From Octopus sinensis (taxonomy: Eukaryota), in contig NC_043024.1 of NCBI RefSeq assembly GCF_006345805.1, forward strand, positions 8,680,001 to 8,744,000: a DNA stretch of 64,000 nucleotides, written 5' to 3'. The notes beneath the pieces were generated by a model. The model was not told the DNA's origin and ran no database searches. It was given only the letters and a program-made list of their open reading frames with translations. A program made the translations under genes and the position numbers. Numbering within the stretch: the stretch's first letter is position 1; every line of letters starts with the position of its first letter. This document shows, one piece after another, positions 1 to 13,629 of this stretch.

Positions 1-1010
1 GGATATCTTTTAGTGAAATTTGTACAGAAACACCTTTCAAACAGAATAGATTATAAGGAAATTTGTGGGGATATATTTTTCCAAATGGGTGGGGAGAAGA
101 CTGTCGGAAAATTCACACGATCCGGTTTTTTTTTTTTCCCCCACTCGATAACTTTCAGGAAAACGGATAAACTTTTAGTGAAATTTGTACAGGAAAAACA
201 CAAAAAAAACAAACGATCCTTTCCCCCCAAAACAGAAATAGGATTATAAGGACATTTGGGGATAATATATTTTTCCAAATGGGTGGGGAGAAGACTGTCC
301 GAAAGTTCACACGATCCGGTTTTTTTCCCCCCTCATAACTTTCAGGAAAACGGATATCTTTAGTGAAATTTGTACAGAAACACCTTTCAAACAGAATAGT
401 TATAAGGAAATTTGTGGGTATATATTTTTCCAAATGGGTGGGGAGAAGACTGTCGGAAAATTCACACGATCCGGTTTTTTTCCCCCCTCATAACTTTCAG
501 AAAACGGATATCTTTTAGTGAAATTTGTACAAAACACCTTTCAAACAACAGAATAGATTATAAGGAAATTTGTGGGGATATATTTTTCCAAATGGGTGGG
601 GAGAAGACTGTCCGAAAGTTCACACGATCCGTTTTTCTTCCTCGTAACTTTTAGGATCTAGTTTAGCGCCCGGTCACCAAAACGAAAAAAAAAGAAGCTA
701 TCTAATAGGTGTAAAAAGATGTGTAGAAGACAAATATAGGAAAAAATATTGCACAAATGAGTGGGGGTGGGGAAGAGGACTTTCGGAAAATTCACAAGAT
801 CCGATTTTTCCCTCATAACTTTCAGGAAAATGGATATCTGTTAGTGAAATTTTACAGAAATACTTTTCAAACAGCATAGATTACGATTATAAAGAAATTT
901 GTGGGGAAAATGTTTTCCGAAGGGGGGGGGGGGGGGGCTGTCAGAAAGTTCACACGATCCATTTTTTTCACCTTATAACTTTTGGGATCTAGTTTAGCGC
1001 CCGGTCACCA
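1..1010. repeat. Tandem array of ~155-190-bp units (satellite-like), in two blocks each ending in GATCTAGTTTAGCGCCCGGTCACC
   Basis: Unit starts GGATATC at about 1, 165, 352, 506 and 832; shared terminal motif at about 655-680 and 985-1010. Confidence 0.85.
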
Positions 1011-1978
1011 AAGCAAAGAGAAAAAAAACAGTCTAATAGGTGTAAAAAACGTAGAAAAAGAATGAACATACCTTCTTGGTTGGTTCGTCTTGACGGCAAC
1101 GATTCTAGAGAGAGGGAATTAAAACTTGGCTGCCTCCCACCCCACACCCGTTCGTTTGCATAAATTATTTTTTCATAATATTATATTCTACACGTTTTTA
1201 TACCTAGAAGGCCGGGCTTTTTTTTTGTTGTTGCTCTTTTTTTTTTTTTTTTTTGAACGAGTCTCAAACTTTATATTGACCAAAAAAACTATCTTTTTTT
1301 CTTTCCCGTGAAGAATGGGTCTTCGAGGGACAGCTATTCCGAAAGGACTATACAAATTATTTTAAAAAAAGAAAACCAAAAAGAGACCCTAAAATATAGA
1401 GAGAAAGAAACGAAACATGACAAACCTTGTCTGTGAATCTTGTGGCTGATGGAATTTCTTGGAATTTCTGGTCAATGGTTTGGAGTCCAACTCAAATTTT
1501 CAGAATATATTCTTACCTCGTTTCTACACGCCAAAACGTGTTAAATTTTCAGATATTTCTGCTACTTTCATTTCATTGCTAATAGACCATAAAATAATTA
1601 TTTCACCCAGGGTGTAAGAAATGGTTTTCTTCGACGTCAATGGAAGCGTGACAAATTACAATACGTTCGGGAGAAGAGTGACAAATCCATGGAAGATAAC
1701 TCTAGCAAGCCAGTTAACTTGAAGTTACTTCCCTTTGTTTAATTACACCTTTTTAAGGAAGTAATTATCATATTTCCTAAAGAGCGTACCTGTGTGTTTA
1801 AAAAACGAATTTTAATATTTTGCCCTCGATTTTTATAAGTTTGTCGTTCATCCTAAATATCCAGATCTGTTTTCAGACTTTTAGTTAGCTTTTATTTCGT
1901 ACGATTTGATTAATCAAAATCTTTCTTTTCATAAGTCCCAAGTTATTCTGGTGGTTAGAAAAAAAATTGGTAAAGTAT

Positions 1979-2392
1979 ACCTATTTCTTTACTACCCACA
2001 AGGGGCTAAACACAGAGGGGACAAACAAGGACAGACAAACGGATTGAGTCGGTTACATCGATCCAGTGCGTAACTGGTACTTATTTAATCGACCCCGAAA
2101 GGATGAAAGGCAAAGTCGACCTTGGCGGAATTTGAACTCAGAACGTAACAGCAGACGAAATACCTATTTCTTTACTACCCACAAGGGGCTAAACGCAGAG
2201 AGGGCAAACAAGGACATAGGTATTAAGTCGATTACATCGACTCCAGTGTGTAACTGGTACTTAATTTATCGACCCCGAAACGATGAAAGGTAAAGTCGAC
2301 CTCGGCGGAATTTGAACTCAGAACGTAGCGGCAGACGAAATACCGCTAAGCATTTCGCCCGGCGTGCTAACGTTTCTGCCAGCTCGCCGCCT
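1979..2392 (-). mobile_element. tRNA-derived SINE, dimer of the 184-bp body plus one head
   Basis: B-box-like GTTCTGAGTTCAAATTCC and conserved GTCGACTTTGCCTTTCATCC core; same family as the arrays at 21815 and 28781. Confidence 0.85.
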
Positions 2393-2876
2393 TTGTAAAT
2401 TATATCATACACCTTTAGACTGGTCAGCCTTAAAGCATGGCCATATTGGGCTGTAACCTAAGGGGCCTCACTGATCTATGTATGCATTCGCTTACTGTCA
2501 ATAGAAATACTATAGGGTCCAACACTTTGATTTGCACGGGGACCACATCATATAAATATACCCCGTATATCACGTGACACACAGATAGGCAAAAGGTCAA
2601 ACGATGATAAAGAAAGGCACATAAAATTCGTGTTGTCCTAGGTACACTATATCTGAAGGTAATACGAGACCGTCATGGCTGGAACACCTTTGATCATTCG
2701 TTCACTCAGCTATGCTGACCTAAAGTTAGTCCTCAGCCTGTCCAAAATATTTTCGTTAGTTTGTCCAAAATTTATTTTATTTTATTTATTTTATCTAGTT
2801 TCAGCTCACGAGATGTGGCCATGCTGGGGCACCGCCATTGTCCATGCTTTTTTCAAACTTTTAGTTATTCTTTGCT

Positions 2877-3515
2877 GGATCTTTTCGGTTTGAACGGCAG
2901 TTTTTTCTAGCGGTGTCATATGAAATTGTCACCCATAATTATGACCCTAGAATCGATCTATTGCATTTCAATCTATTTTAGGGCTAGGGTTAGGGTTTGG
3001 GGTGGGGGGAAGTGTATCTTTTTTTCTTCAGAATTGTAAATAAATCCAATCTGTTTCTTAAACGAGGGACATATTCATACGGCACAGAATGTTTTTTTTT
3101 TTTTACCTCAATAGACGTCAGTGATTGGTTGAAATTGCAAAAATTGAAGGAAAAAAACAAATATCTTACAAACAATAGAATTTTCTCAATAAAGCCAAGA
3201 GAAAAAGATGTTTTATAAACACATTCTACCAGTATACGAAGTTTAAAAGTGTTTAGTTACCTCGAAATTATGTTAAAAACTGCCGTTCGAACCGAAAAGA
3301 ACCTGTTTTTTTACCTCAATGGATGTCATTGATTGGTTGAAATTGCAGAAATTGAAGGAAAAACAACAACAAATATCTTACAAACCATAGAATTTTCTCA
3401 ATAAAGCCAAGAGAAAAAGATGTTTTATAAACACATTCTACCAGTATACGAAGTTTAAAAGTGTTTAGTTACGTGGAAATTATTTTAAAAACTGCTGTTC
3501 AAACTGAAAAGATCC
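2877..3515 (+). mobile_element. MITE with GGATCTTTTCGGTTTGAACGGCAG terminal inverted repeats (TIRs), plus partial 3' duplication
   Basis: TIR at 2877, inverted copies ending at 3303 and 3515; family also at 53370 and 59673. Confidence 0.85.
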
Positions 3516-3916
3516 AAGCTTTACTTTCATAAACCCCATGTTACTCTGACGGTTGAAAAAAGACTGGGAATGCACATCACATGTGGTACACATGTAGCAG
3601 AAGTGATTTCCACTGTCATTATGTGTGAGATGTTTTTGTTATGTGTTATCTAGACTTAAATACCCGGATATCAGCTCCACAGCCCTTTTCGTACCAGCAG
3701 GTGATATGACTTTGTGATTAGCCAAATTTGTTGTTTGTATTGGTCAGTTTCCAGCCTTCCAATCATGTTGGCACAACAGTTCGTTTTTCCTTATGCTGGA
3801 AATTAATCACCAGCTCCTGGGAGCCTTCTGATCTCTGTAAGAACGATAGTTCTCGACTGCTCTAGGTCTTTGGCAGACGCCACTGACCACAAGCGACTCA
3901 TCGTTTATATATACTC

Positions 3917-4129
3917 TTTACTCTTTTACTCTTTTACTTGTTTCAGTCATTTGACTGCGGCCATGCTGGAGCTCCGCCTTAAGTCGATCAAATCGACCCC
4001 GGAACTTATTCTTTGTCAGGCCAGTACTTATTCTATCGGTCTCTTTTGCCGAACCGCTAAGTGGCGGGGACGTAAACACACCAGCATCGGTTGTCAAGCA
4101 ATGCTAGGGGGACAAACACAGACACACAA

Positions 4130-4160
<31 letters not shown>

Positions 4161-4332
4161 CATATATACGACAGGCTTCTTTCAGTTTCCGTCTACCAAA
4201 TCTACTCACAAGGCATTGGTCGGCCCGGGGCTATAGCAGAAGACACTTGCCCAAGATGCCACGCAGTGGGACTGAATCCGCAACCATGTGGTTGGTTAGC
4301 AAGCTACTTACCACACAGCCACTCCTGCGCCT
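3917..4332 (-). mobile_element. Major tRNA-derived SINE (head GGAGTGGCTGTGTGGTAAG, internal TA/GT microsatellite, GTAAAAGA tail)
   Basis: Near-identical copies at about 5172-5905 (5' part triplicated), 24270, 25125, 27842, 29715, 39470, 41990, 52065, 55065, 57845 and 63680. Confidence 0.9.
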
Positions 4333-4857
4333 AATGAAATTATTGTATACAGTGCTCAGGTGCACCACAACTTGTCAGAAAGTGCGTATAAAGCATATGC
4401 AGTAATGTACAAATGTCTGGGAAGTGAACAGTGTATGAGTCAGATACATGCTTGCGTGTGTATGGAGGGGAGGAAATCAGGTGTAGTGTTGGCGAATGTC
4501 AGGAAGCATGGAAGTTTTGAAGGATGCAGTGCTCCGACAACTAACAACTGATGCCGGCAGTTTGTTCCATGCTTCAGCAACTCTCAGCGTGAAAAAATGT
4601 TTCCGAAAGTTATGGGAGTTGTACTGTTTTCTGACTTTGTAAACATATCCACGGGTGTTTGACAGGTGGAGTTTGAAAAGGTGATCAGAGTTATTATTTG
4701 TAAGATGGTTAATAATTTGATGGGTGTCTGCCAAGTCAGCTGCCAGATGTCGGAGTTTCAATGTGTCCATGCCCAGGGAAGTAAGGTGTTCAGAATATGG
4801 CAAATGCCTGATGGAGGGTATTCTTTTGGTTGCACGTCGCTATATATGCATGCATAA
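4333..4857 (-). mobile_element. CR1/L2-like LINE 3' fragment
   Basis: ORF 4477-4803 reads ...SNTRGYVYKV...RKHFFTLRVAEAWNKLP..., the typical CR1-group ORF2 C-terminus; second copy at 33590-33995. Confidence 0.85.
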
Positions 4858-5171
4858 ACTGGCACTGTACCGGTTACGACGACCAAGTGTTCCAGTTTAT
4901 CCGATCGACGGAACTGCCTGTTTGGGAAATTAACATGCAAATGGCTCAGGACTCCAAACACACACAAGCCCTTAACGTAGTTCTCAGGAAGATTCAGTGT
5001 CACAGAGAATGTGACTGGTCTGTCCCTTTGAATTACATGTACAATTCATTTTTGCTAGCTGGAGCAATGTGAAATAGTGTCTTGCTCAATGACACAACAC
5101 GCCGCTGGGGTTTGAACTCATGATCCTGACCACTAAGACACATGCCTATACGTGTGCATTTATTTGGATAC

Positions 5172-5905
5172 TCTTTTACTTGTTTCAGTCATTTTGACTG
5201 TGGCCATGCTGGAGCACCACCTTTAGTCGAGCAAATCGACCCCAAGACTTATTCTTTGTAAGCCTAGTACTTATTTTATCGGTCTCTTTGCCAAACCACT
5301 AGGTTACGGGGACATAAACACACCAGCATCGGTTGTCAAGCAATGCTAGGGGGACAAACACAAACACATACATGCATATATATATAATATATATATATAC
5401 ATACATATATACGACGGGCTTCTTTCAGTTTTCGTCTACCAAATCCACTCACAAGGCTTTGGTCGGCCCAAGGCTATAGTAGAAGACACTTGTCCAAACT
5501 GCCACGCAGTGGGACTGAACCCAGAACCATGTGGTTCATAAGCAAGCTACTTACCACACAGCCACTCCTACGGCTGTATATATATATATATATTATATAT
5601 ACATACATATATACGACGGGCTTCTTTCAGTTTTCGTCTACCAAATCCACTCACAAGGCTTTGGTCGGCCCAAGGCTATAGTAGAAGACACTTGTCCAAA
5701 CTGCCACGCAGTGGGACTGAACCCAGAACCATGTGGTTCATAAGCAAGCTACTTACCACACAGCCACTCCTACGGCTGTATATATATATATATATATATA
5801 TATACGACGGGCTTCTTTCAGTTTCCGTCTACCAAATCCACTCACAAGGCTTTGGTCAGCCCAAGGCTATAGTAGAAGACACTTGCCCAAGGTGCCACGC
5901 AGTGG
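5172..5905 (-). mobile_element. Major SINE with its head segment tandemly triplicated
   Basis: The block ACGACGGGCTTCTTTCAG...CACAGCCACTCC recurs at about 5410, 5612 and 5803. Confidence 0.85.
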
Positions 5906-6117
5906 GACAGAGTATTGTAGATCTATTTCAGTTGATCTTACCAATTAGTTTCACACAGTGTATTATAACAGGAGAATTAGATAACAGCTTGGTTATGCAA
6001 CAACATGTGCTTCAGAGGAGGCTGTTATTGGAGGTAAAACATGTCACATCCAGTTTGTGGTGCTGTGGGAAAAGACAAGTTACAAGAAGCGAAATATGCA
6101 AGGGATTATATATTCAA

Positions 6118-6731
6118 CTAGCAGTATCGCCTGGCGTTGCTTGTGTTTGTAAGAGAAATAACTACATAAGCATTTTTAAGAGTTACTTCCCTTATATAAA
6201 CCGAGCAAAAAAATGCATTAAAAATACGAAAAAGTGATGGTAAATTTTTTTATCATCGTAGACTCATCGTAGACGCACGCTAATACCCAGAAGGGCTCAA
6301 GATGAATCACGACTATAAGATACCCGCTTTTGGTTAAACTGCACCGCAAAATGTGGGAGTAGTTAGGAATCTAAATCGGAGGAGACAGACTCTCACACAC
6401 ACAACTTCAGTTTTATATATTCAACTAGCAGTATCGCCCGGTGTTGCTCGGGTTTGTAAGGGAAATAACTATATAAGCATTTCTAGAGAGTTACTTCCCT
6501 TATATAATATGAGCAAAAATCATTAAAACTGCGGAAAAATGATGGTAAATTTTTTTTTAAATCGTAGAGTCATCGTAGATGTGTGATAATACCCAAAAGT
6601 GCTCGATATGAATCACGACTATAAGATACCCGGTTTTGGTTAAACTGCACCGCAAAATGTGGGAGCAGTTAGGAATCTAAATCAGAGGAGATAGACTCTC
6701 ACACACACAATTTCAGTTTTATATATAAAGA
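6118..6731 (-). mobile_element. Non-autonomous Helitron-like element, head-to-tail dimer (~307-bp unit)
   Basis: Minus-strand 5' TC(TTTATATATAAA); 3' hairpin CCCGAGCAACACCGGG followed by CTAG at 6425-6428, with a similar end at 6118-6121. Confidence 0.8.
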
Positions 6732-9170
6732 TGACGTGATTACTTATTTTTAGGATTACGTTGTAGGGTAGGCGTGAGAGTTTTAATCTGGTCAGTTTGA
6801 ACATGAATCAGATGGAATATTTGAACTGGATGTTGCTGGTTGATATTCTAAAGGATTAAAATAAAGTATTTTTCATTGAAACAAAGGGCACCAGTAATTT
6901 TTTTTTCATTTTTTTATATTGGAAATCCATTGTGTTACCTTTCACAAAAAATCAAGGACCACATAAACCACATGAAGGACTCTCCATGTGTTCATATGAC
7001 ATGCTAGAAATAATAGCCAAATCTTCTTGCAATTTGAGGCTGATGTTTGATTAAAAAAAGATAAAAAACAACAACAATAACAAAAACAACAACAATAACA
7101 AAAGCAACAACGAACAACAAAAACATCAATATGATCTTTTATTATCATCTGTTGACAGAATGGTGGTGGTGGTGGTGATGGTGGTGGTGGTGGTTGTGGT
7201 TGTGGTCAGCGGAGGGTATTATAATTTTTTTTTTTTTAGTGAAAAAAAGCTTCTTATAAAGAGATGATGAGCGCAACAGAAAAACATACCACACCACCCA
7301 CTGCTTCCAACCAACTGCCCCCTGCCCTGTCTCCCGTCCCTGGCCATTCCACTCCACCCGCAGAAAGGAAAATGTCCGGCTGGTAATAAGTTGATTTGAG
7401 TTATAATGCAAAGTTCTTGTGAGGAATTTTGGATATAAATGTTCGTTACATCTCTCATCTGTCTGTGTTGTTTGCTGTGAGGGACCAGATGAATTAATTG
7501 GAAGTTCATCCATTTCTCTGAAATTCAGTCTCCATCACTCTTTCTCTGATCCAAACACACACCCTCCCTCTCTCTCTCTCTCAGATGTATACACACACTC
7601 CACGCCTTCCACCCATTCTTTCTTTCTTTCTCTCTCTCACACATTCCAGCCTCGCATCTCTCTATCCCTTGACAAATGAACTGCCTTGGAGCATCAGATC
7701 CCTCATTTTCTCCAGGACATAAAACTTATCCAAACACTAGACTTACTGCATTTTTTTTGAGGGGAGGGGCAAAATACACCAACACCACCACCAGCACCGA
7801 CACCACCATCAGGCTCTGCAAAATTTGCATATTCATTGATTGATAATGATATTTATAGTTTTTTTTTTTATATATATTTTAAAGAAGAGTTCAGATATAG
7901 AATTACAAAAAAAAAAAAACAGATGGAAAAAAAAAACAAGAAACAGCAGTTAAATATAAAATAAAACATTGTTGGAAGATGCATAATTAATTTTTTTTTT
8001 TTTTTTGCTTTGTTTTCTTTAACAAGAAATGCTTATTTCTGTTAACGAAAAAAAAACACACACACAGACACATACAAACTCACAGATCCATATACACATC
8101 ATATATATATATACATATATACGTAAATATATATATGCAAATGTATGTGTCTGTGTGTATATGTGTGATATATATATATATATACCCATACATCTATATA
8201 CATATATATATATGTATGTAACTATGTATAAATATGTATACACACACAAATATATATATATATTTTTATACACATACATACATGTGTGCATGTATATTTG
8301 TAAGTATGTATATATATGTAAATATATAGATACATGTATACTTGTGTATATATATACATATGTATACACAGACACCAATAAACACACTCATATATATATA
8401 TATATATATATAAATGTATGGAACACTATACGAATGAGGATACTGACTTCAATTATCAGCCTCAGGTTGATACATACATATATATGAAACCGTCCAACCC
8501 ATGCTAGCATGGAGAACGGACGTTAAACGACGATGATGATATATATATGCACACATATATATTTTATACATACATCATATATATATTACACACTCATATA
8601 CACATGCACTTTCATACACATATAGGGTTCTCAAACAAATTCATTCAGTTTTTCATTTCAATTTATTTTAATCTCTTTCAATGTTATTTGAATTAACACG
8701 GAAATAGCTTTTTTTTTTATCAAGGGGCTTTATAATTTTCTATTTTTCTTTTAAGGGGCTCAGTTGAGCTCTATTCTTTCTCCTCAAATTTTGTTTATCA
8801 AATTTGAAATTTAATAAATTTTCTTTCCAGGCAGGTGACAATGAGGTACCAAAGTAGGTAAAAAGATAAAAAAAAAACAAAAAAAAAAAAACATGAACAA
8901 ATTTGTCTTTAAAACCCAATATATACAGATATAATATACATTCACACACAGACAAACACACACACACGAACTTGCTCTGGAGTAATCCTTGTGGAGTTAC
9001 TCTTGTAAGAAAGTCCTTTATAAATTGGTGACCATGTGAGACTTCAAAAACCAAATTAATCAGGATTTTGATTAGATGAACATACATTGTCCTCAACTCT
9101 ACTTCACCGGATGATTAATCCCTTATAGATTTATATTATATAAATTTATATCAATATATATATATATATA

Positions 9171-9210
<40 letters not shown>

Positions 9211-9482
9211 TATTATTATTCTTGTAATTTGAATTGGGCGTGTGTGACTTAGTCCTCTTACAGAAACCAAGCTTGTCAGGGTGACTTAGCTGAATAATAT
9301 ATGTAATTTCTAATAAATGTGTTGGGTGATTCTTTCTTTCATTTGTGTACTCATGTGTGTGTGTGTGCATAGCTTGATATATATATATACACACATATGC
9401 ATATATATATATATATAAAATATATATATATACACACACACATACATACATATTCTTTATATGAGTTCCTGTGTTGAAGCAT

Positions 9483-9718
9483 ATTCTGTTGTGTTTGGGG
9501 AGAAATCATTTCCTTTTGGTGCCTTATAATTTAACACACCCACCGGTAAAATTTCCTCTGATTTACTTGTTTATTTTTCTAAAATTACTATTGAAAATGT
9601 TGCAAGACGCAACAAAAATATTAGGAAAATAAATAAGTAAATGAGTTGAAATTTTAACGGTCTCTTAAATTGTAAGGCACTAAAAGAGAATGACTCACCC
9701 CTCCCAGACACAACAGTG
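9483..9718. repeat. Degenerate inverted repeat (~100-bp arms)
   Basis: CTGTTGTGTTTGGGGAG...GGTGCCTTATAATTTAA pairs with TTAAATTGTAAGGCAC...CTCCCAGACACAACAG. Confidence 0.7.
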
Positions 9719-9734
9719 CATATATATATATATA

Positions 9735-9837
9735 TTTATATTATATAGAGGGCATTACTATACATAAATGCCACACGCTAGGAGGGACTCTTAAAGTGTG
9801 ACATTTATGTATAGTAATGCCCTCTATATAATATAAA
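9735..9837. repeat. Near-perfect hairpin (42-bp arms) between (TA)n tracts
   Basis: TTTATATTATATAGAGGGCATTACTATACATAAATGCCACAC and its reverse complement at 9796-9837; one mismatch. Confidence 0.9.
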
Positions 9838-9928
9838 TAAATATATTTAAGTGAAAAGATTGGTGGATTCTTTCTCTTATGAGGTTTTTGACACTAACTA
9901 CTTGATAAATTCTTATAAAGATTTTATC

Positions 9929-9959
<31 letters not shown>

Positions 9960-10159
9960 AGTATATAAGTCAGTAGTTCATAAATTCAAAAAGAAGCACA
10001 TTCTAAAGATATGAAACAGTAATACGTAAAAGTTTGTTATTTTTGGCCGGACAAAAACTGACCGTTGATGTCACACCTATAAAGTTCTGAGTGGTATAAA
10101 TGTTACAGCAATGGTCAATCTCTGGCCAGCCATAACCAACATCTTTTAAGTATACATAC

Positions 10160-10191
<32 letters not shown>

Positions 10192-10194
10192 TTT

Positions 10195-10560
10195 TAATTT
10201 TTTTCAGATCAGAGCTGCAGCCATGCTGATGCACCGCCATTTTGTGCTACACTAAGAGCCTCCTCTAATATGTGGTGAAGAATGGAATTTGATATAGCTG
10301 CTCTCATTTGCACCTCTTGCTGTGAGGTAGGTTCATCTGGGACTCTCGACAGGAAGAGGTCCAGCTTTGATTTAAAAACCCCTACGTCTACTTTGTGCAA
10401 GTTCCTCAGACTCTTTGGGAGAATATTAAAAAGCTGTTGGCCCTTGAAAGCCAGGCTGTTGCAGTAGCTGCTCCTGAAGCGTGATAGCATTGCCGGGATC
10501 TTTGGCACTATGCAGTGTCATCCCGTTCTAGCATTGGTGTAGCTTACAATGCCAAAATTT
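10195..10560 (-). mobile_element. CR1-group LINE 3' fragment
   Basis: ORF 10209-10508 reads ...SLAFKGQQLFNILPKSLRN...FKSKLDLFLSRVPDEP, the typical LINE ORF2 C-terminus. Confidence 0.8.
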
Positions 10561-11791
10561 ATATATATATATATATATATAAATAATGAGGGAGATAAAT
10601 TAATATTAATTTTATTATCAATTTAAAACCAGTAGTCTAGCATACAAAAAATCTGAGAAGTCAGAGAAAATTCTAATATATGTGTATATTGGCAGAGCAA
10701 GACTGCTAGGTAGTCGGCCGTATGCTAGAAATAGATCATCAACGATCAAACTACAAAGAAAGTTCTCTAGAGGAAAAATTCAGCGAACACCAGAACCAAA
10801 TTTGGCGGGCAGGACAGATGAAAATTTATATAAAAAACAGAATTAATTGCATACCTCGGTTTCGGCCTTTAACAAAAGAATTACTTACATAATTCAAATG
10901 TCCGTGGCCTCATATATATATATATGTATGTATATATCATAAACGATCTGAAAGATAGTGTTCATACACATGGTTGTTATAATGATGATAGATTAAAGAG
11001 AACTGAAATCCTGATGGTTTTGATTTGTTGGGTCAACAGATCTTCTCTCATGGTCACTCTCACTCTCTCTCTCTCTTTGTCCCACACACATACACATATG
11101 CACAATTTTAATACCCAAGTCACTTCACAGCAAGATTATATTCATGTACAATACGCATTATATATATATACATAATACATAAAAAGATACATACATAATT
11201 ACATATATATATATACATACATAATTACACACACACATATATATTTACGTGCACATGTATATATATATATATATATGTATATAAATATATATATATATAC
11301 ACATATATATACATGCATATATACATATATATATACATACATATATACACACACATATATATATACATATATATATACATACATACATACATACCACACA
11401 CACACACACACACACATATGTATATATACGCAAACAGACACACACATGCACACACACGTATATATGTAATTATGTATGTGTGTATATATAATTTCCCAAA
11501 GATGCGTTGTGTTGTTTTTACTGTTAAAAGAGAAAAAAAAAAAAACCGGAGAAAGTTGCATTTAAAAAAAATATATAAATCAGATACAAAATATAGATGC
11601 CATCACACTGCTGACGCACAGTGATGGGAGAGAAGTCAACTTTGGCAGGTAGTCTTATACATACATACATATATATATATCTACATATATATATTTGTAA
11701 TATATATATTATTATATATATATATATATATACATTATAAGTACATTTATATATGTATGTCTATATATGTGTGTGTGTGTATATATAATAC

Positions 11792-11829
<38 letters not shown>

Positions 11830-11981
11830 ACACATACACACACACACACATATATGTATAATATACTTGTGTGTATATAATGTATATATATAAATATGTG
11901 TATGTTATATATAAAGATATATGTATACACACCACACCATGTATTAAACATGTATATACATATATATGTATGTGTATATAA

Positions 11982-12012
<31 letters not shown>

Positions 12013-12989
12013 GTATGTATGTATGTATATGTATATATGTGTATATTATGTGCATACACACACACATATATATATATATACATATTATATATACATATAT
12101 ATATATCTATATATATATGTATGTATATATTATACATATATATATATATAATAACACATATGTATATATACGTATGTATATACATATATTTATATATATA
12201 TACATACATATATGGCAGTGTGAAATATTATAATGTTATAGTAATAAGTGTGGTAGTCTCCAGTGGAGGCTTAGATGAGCTTAACTTAAGCACATAGTGT
12301 CCAGCAGATAGATGCCAGAGAAAAAAAAAAAAAAGTAAAAAGGAGAGACAAATTTCCACCAGGATAGGAAGCCAGGTTTGTCTGCATGCCGCAAGGAACT
12401 TTCCCGTGTGACCTTCTGAGATGCATAAAAAATTTTCGAGTCAAGTGTACTTGCACCAGTTGCACAATGTGCAGTGTGCTTGCAGTGGATCTCTACTGCA
12501 AGACGTCTGAGTTGTTTGGGGTGGGCGTGGCTGGGTGGGCTGGGGTTGCTTCTCCAATGACCACATCCATTCAGCCAAACGGAGTGTGACCATTTAACGC
12601 AGTAATAGTGTTTATCAGTGGTTTAAGAGTAGGGCCTAGGTCCATTATGACTCTAGGTCCTTAGAGACCCTAACTGTGTTTCCATGGCCTATAAATAACA
12701 GCAATTACAACACTTCATCCACCCACATTGCCCCTCCGAGCAGCAGGCTCCGAGTCTGTCTTCACAAGTGTTAACATTCATAGCTGTTGTTGGAACTCTT
12801 ACAGCTGAGTGGAGTGTGGGATGGGCTGGAGTAAAGTGAAGTGGAGTGTCTTGCTGAAACATACAATGCACGGCTCAGCCTGGGCATCAAAACCACGATT
12901 TTATGATTGAATACCACACCTTAACCACTAATCTCTGCAACCCCATGTAACGATAATTTGGTTGAAATGTTTTCTGGAATTGCTTTATT

Positions 12990-13370
12990 ATTATTATTAT
13001 TATTACTATTATTATTATTATTGAGTGAGAGAGCAATGCATGCCATCAAAGTGACACTGGGGTAAAATATACGAAGCCCAATATACCCATCATGACTACC
13101 CGTCTGATAAGAGTACACCAGGCTCATGCATCACAACCATATGTGCGCGACATGGTGATCTCACACCAAGATAAACAGCGCATGACCTTGCAGGTGGGCC
13201 CCAGTTAGAATTTTCTTCTGGTCGAGTAACCCATCCCGCTCAAAAGGTCCCTGAATAAGGGTTGTTTAAGGCTGTTGAACAAAACACCCATGTTTCCAAA
13301 GGTGAGTTATCCAAACCTCTAAGAACTCCTTTCAACACACGGCTATGATGCTCCCCTTATCATTATTATT
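12990..13370 (-). mobile_element. SINE-like element ending in an (AAT)n tail
   Basis: Reverse-complement copy at about 18060-18370 on the plus strand; shared ...GCTCTCTCACTC(AAT)n 3' end. Confidence 0.8.
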
Positions 13371-13384
13371 ATTATTATTATTAT

Positions 13385-13566
13385 TAAAACTATATAGGAC
13401 TAAGGTAACTCATCCAGAAGTTATACACAAATAAATAGAAGTTTGCCATATCATGTGAAATTTGTTGATGCCGAAATATTGTTCAACAAATTTCAAATGA
13501 CATGGTACTCTTCTATCTATTTGTGTATAGCTTCTGGATGAGTTACCTCAGTCCTATATAGTCTTA
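13385..13566. mobile_element. Fold-back (MITE-like) element with ~80-bp inverted arms, inside (TAT)n
   Basis: ACTATATAGGACTAAGGTAACTCATCCAGAAG...AAATTTGTTGA pairs with TCAACAAATTT...CTTCTGGATGAGTTACCTCAGTCCTATATAGT. Confidence 0.8.
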
Positions 13567-13573
13567 TTATTAC

Positions 13574-13619
<46 letters not shown>

Positions 13620-13629
<10 letters not shown>

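Noticed and set aside
7747-7817. Minus-strand mini-exon candidate (AG...GTAAGT)
   Set aside because: It encodes low-complexity Gly/Val from a (CAC)-like repeat and has no partner exons.
12555-12620. WLNGCG as the missing PNKD ..GCG exon end
   Set aside because: It lies downstream of the stop exon, has a weak donor, an in-frame stop just upstream and no GD motif.
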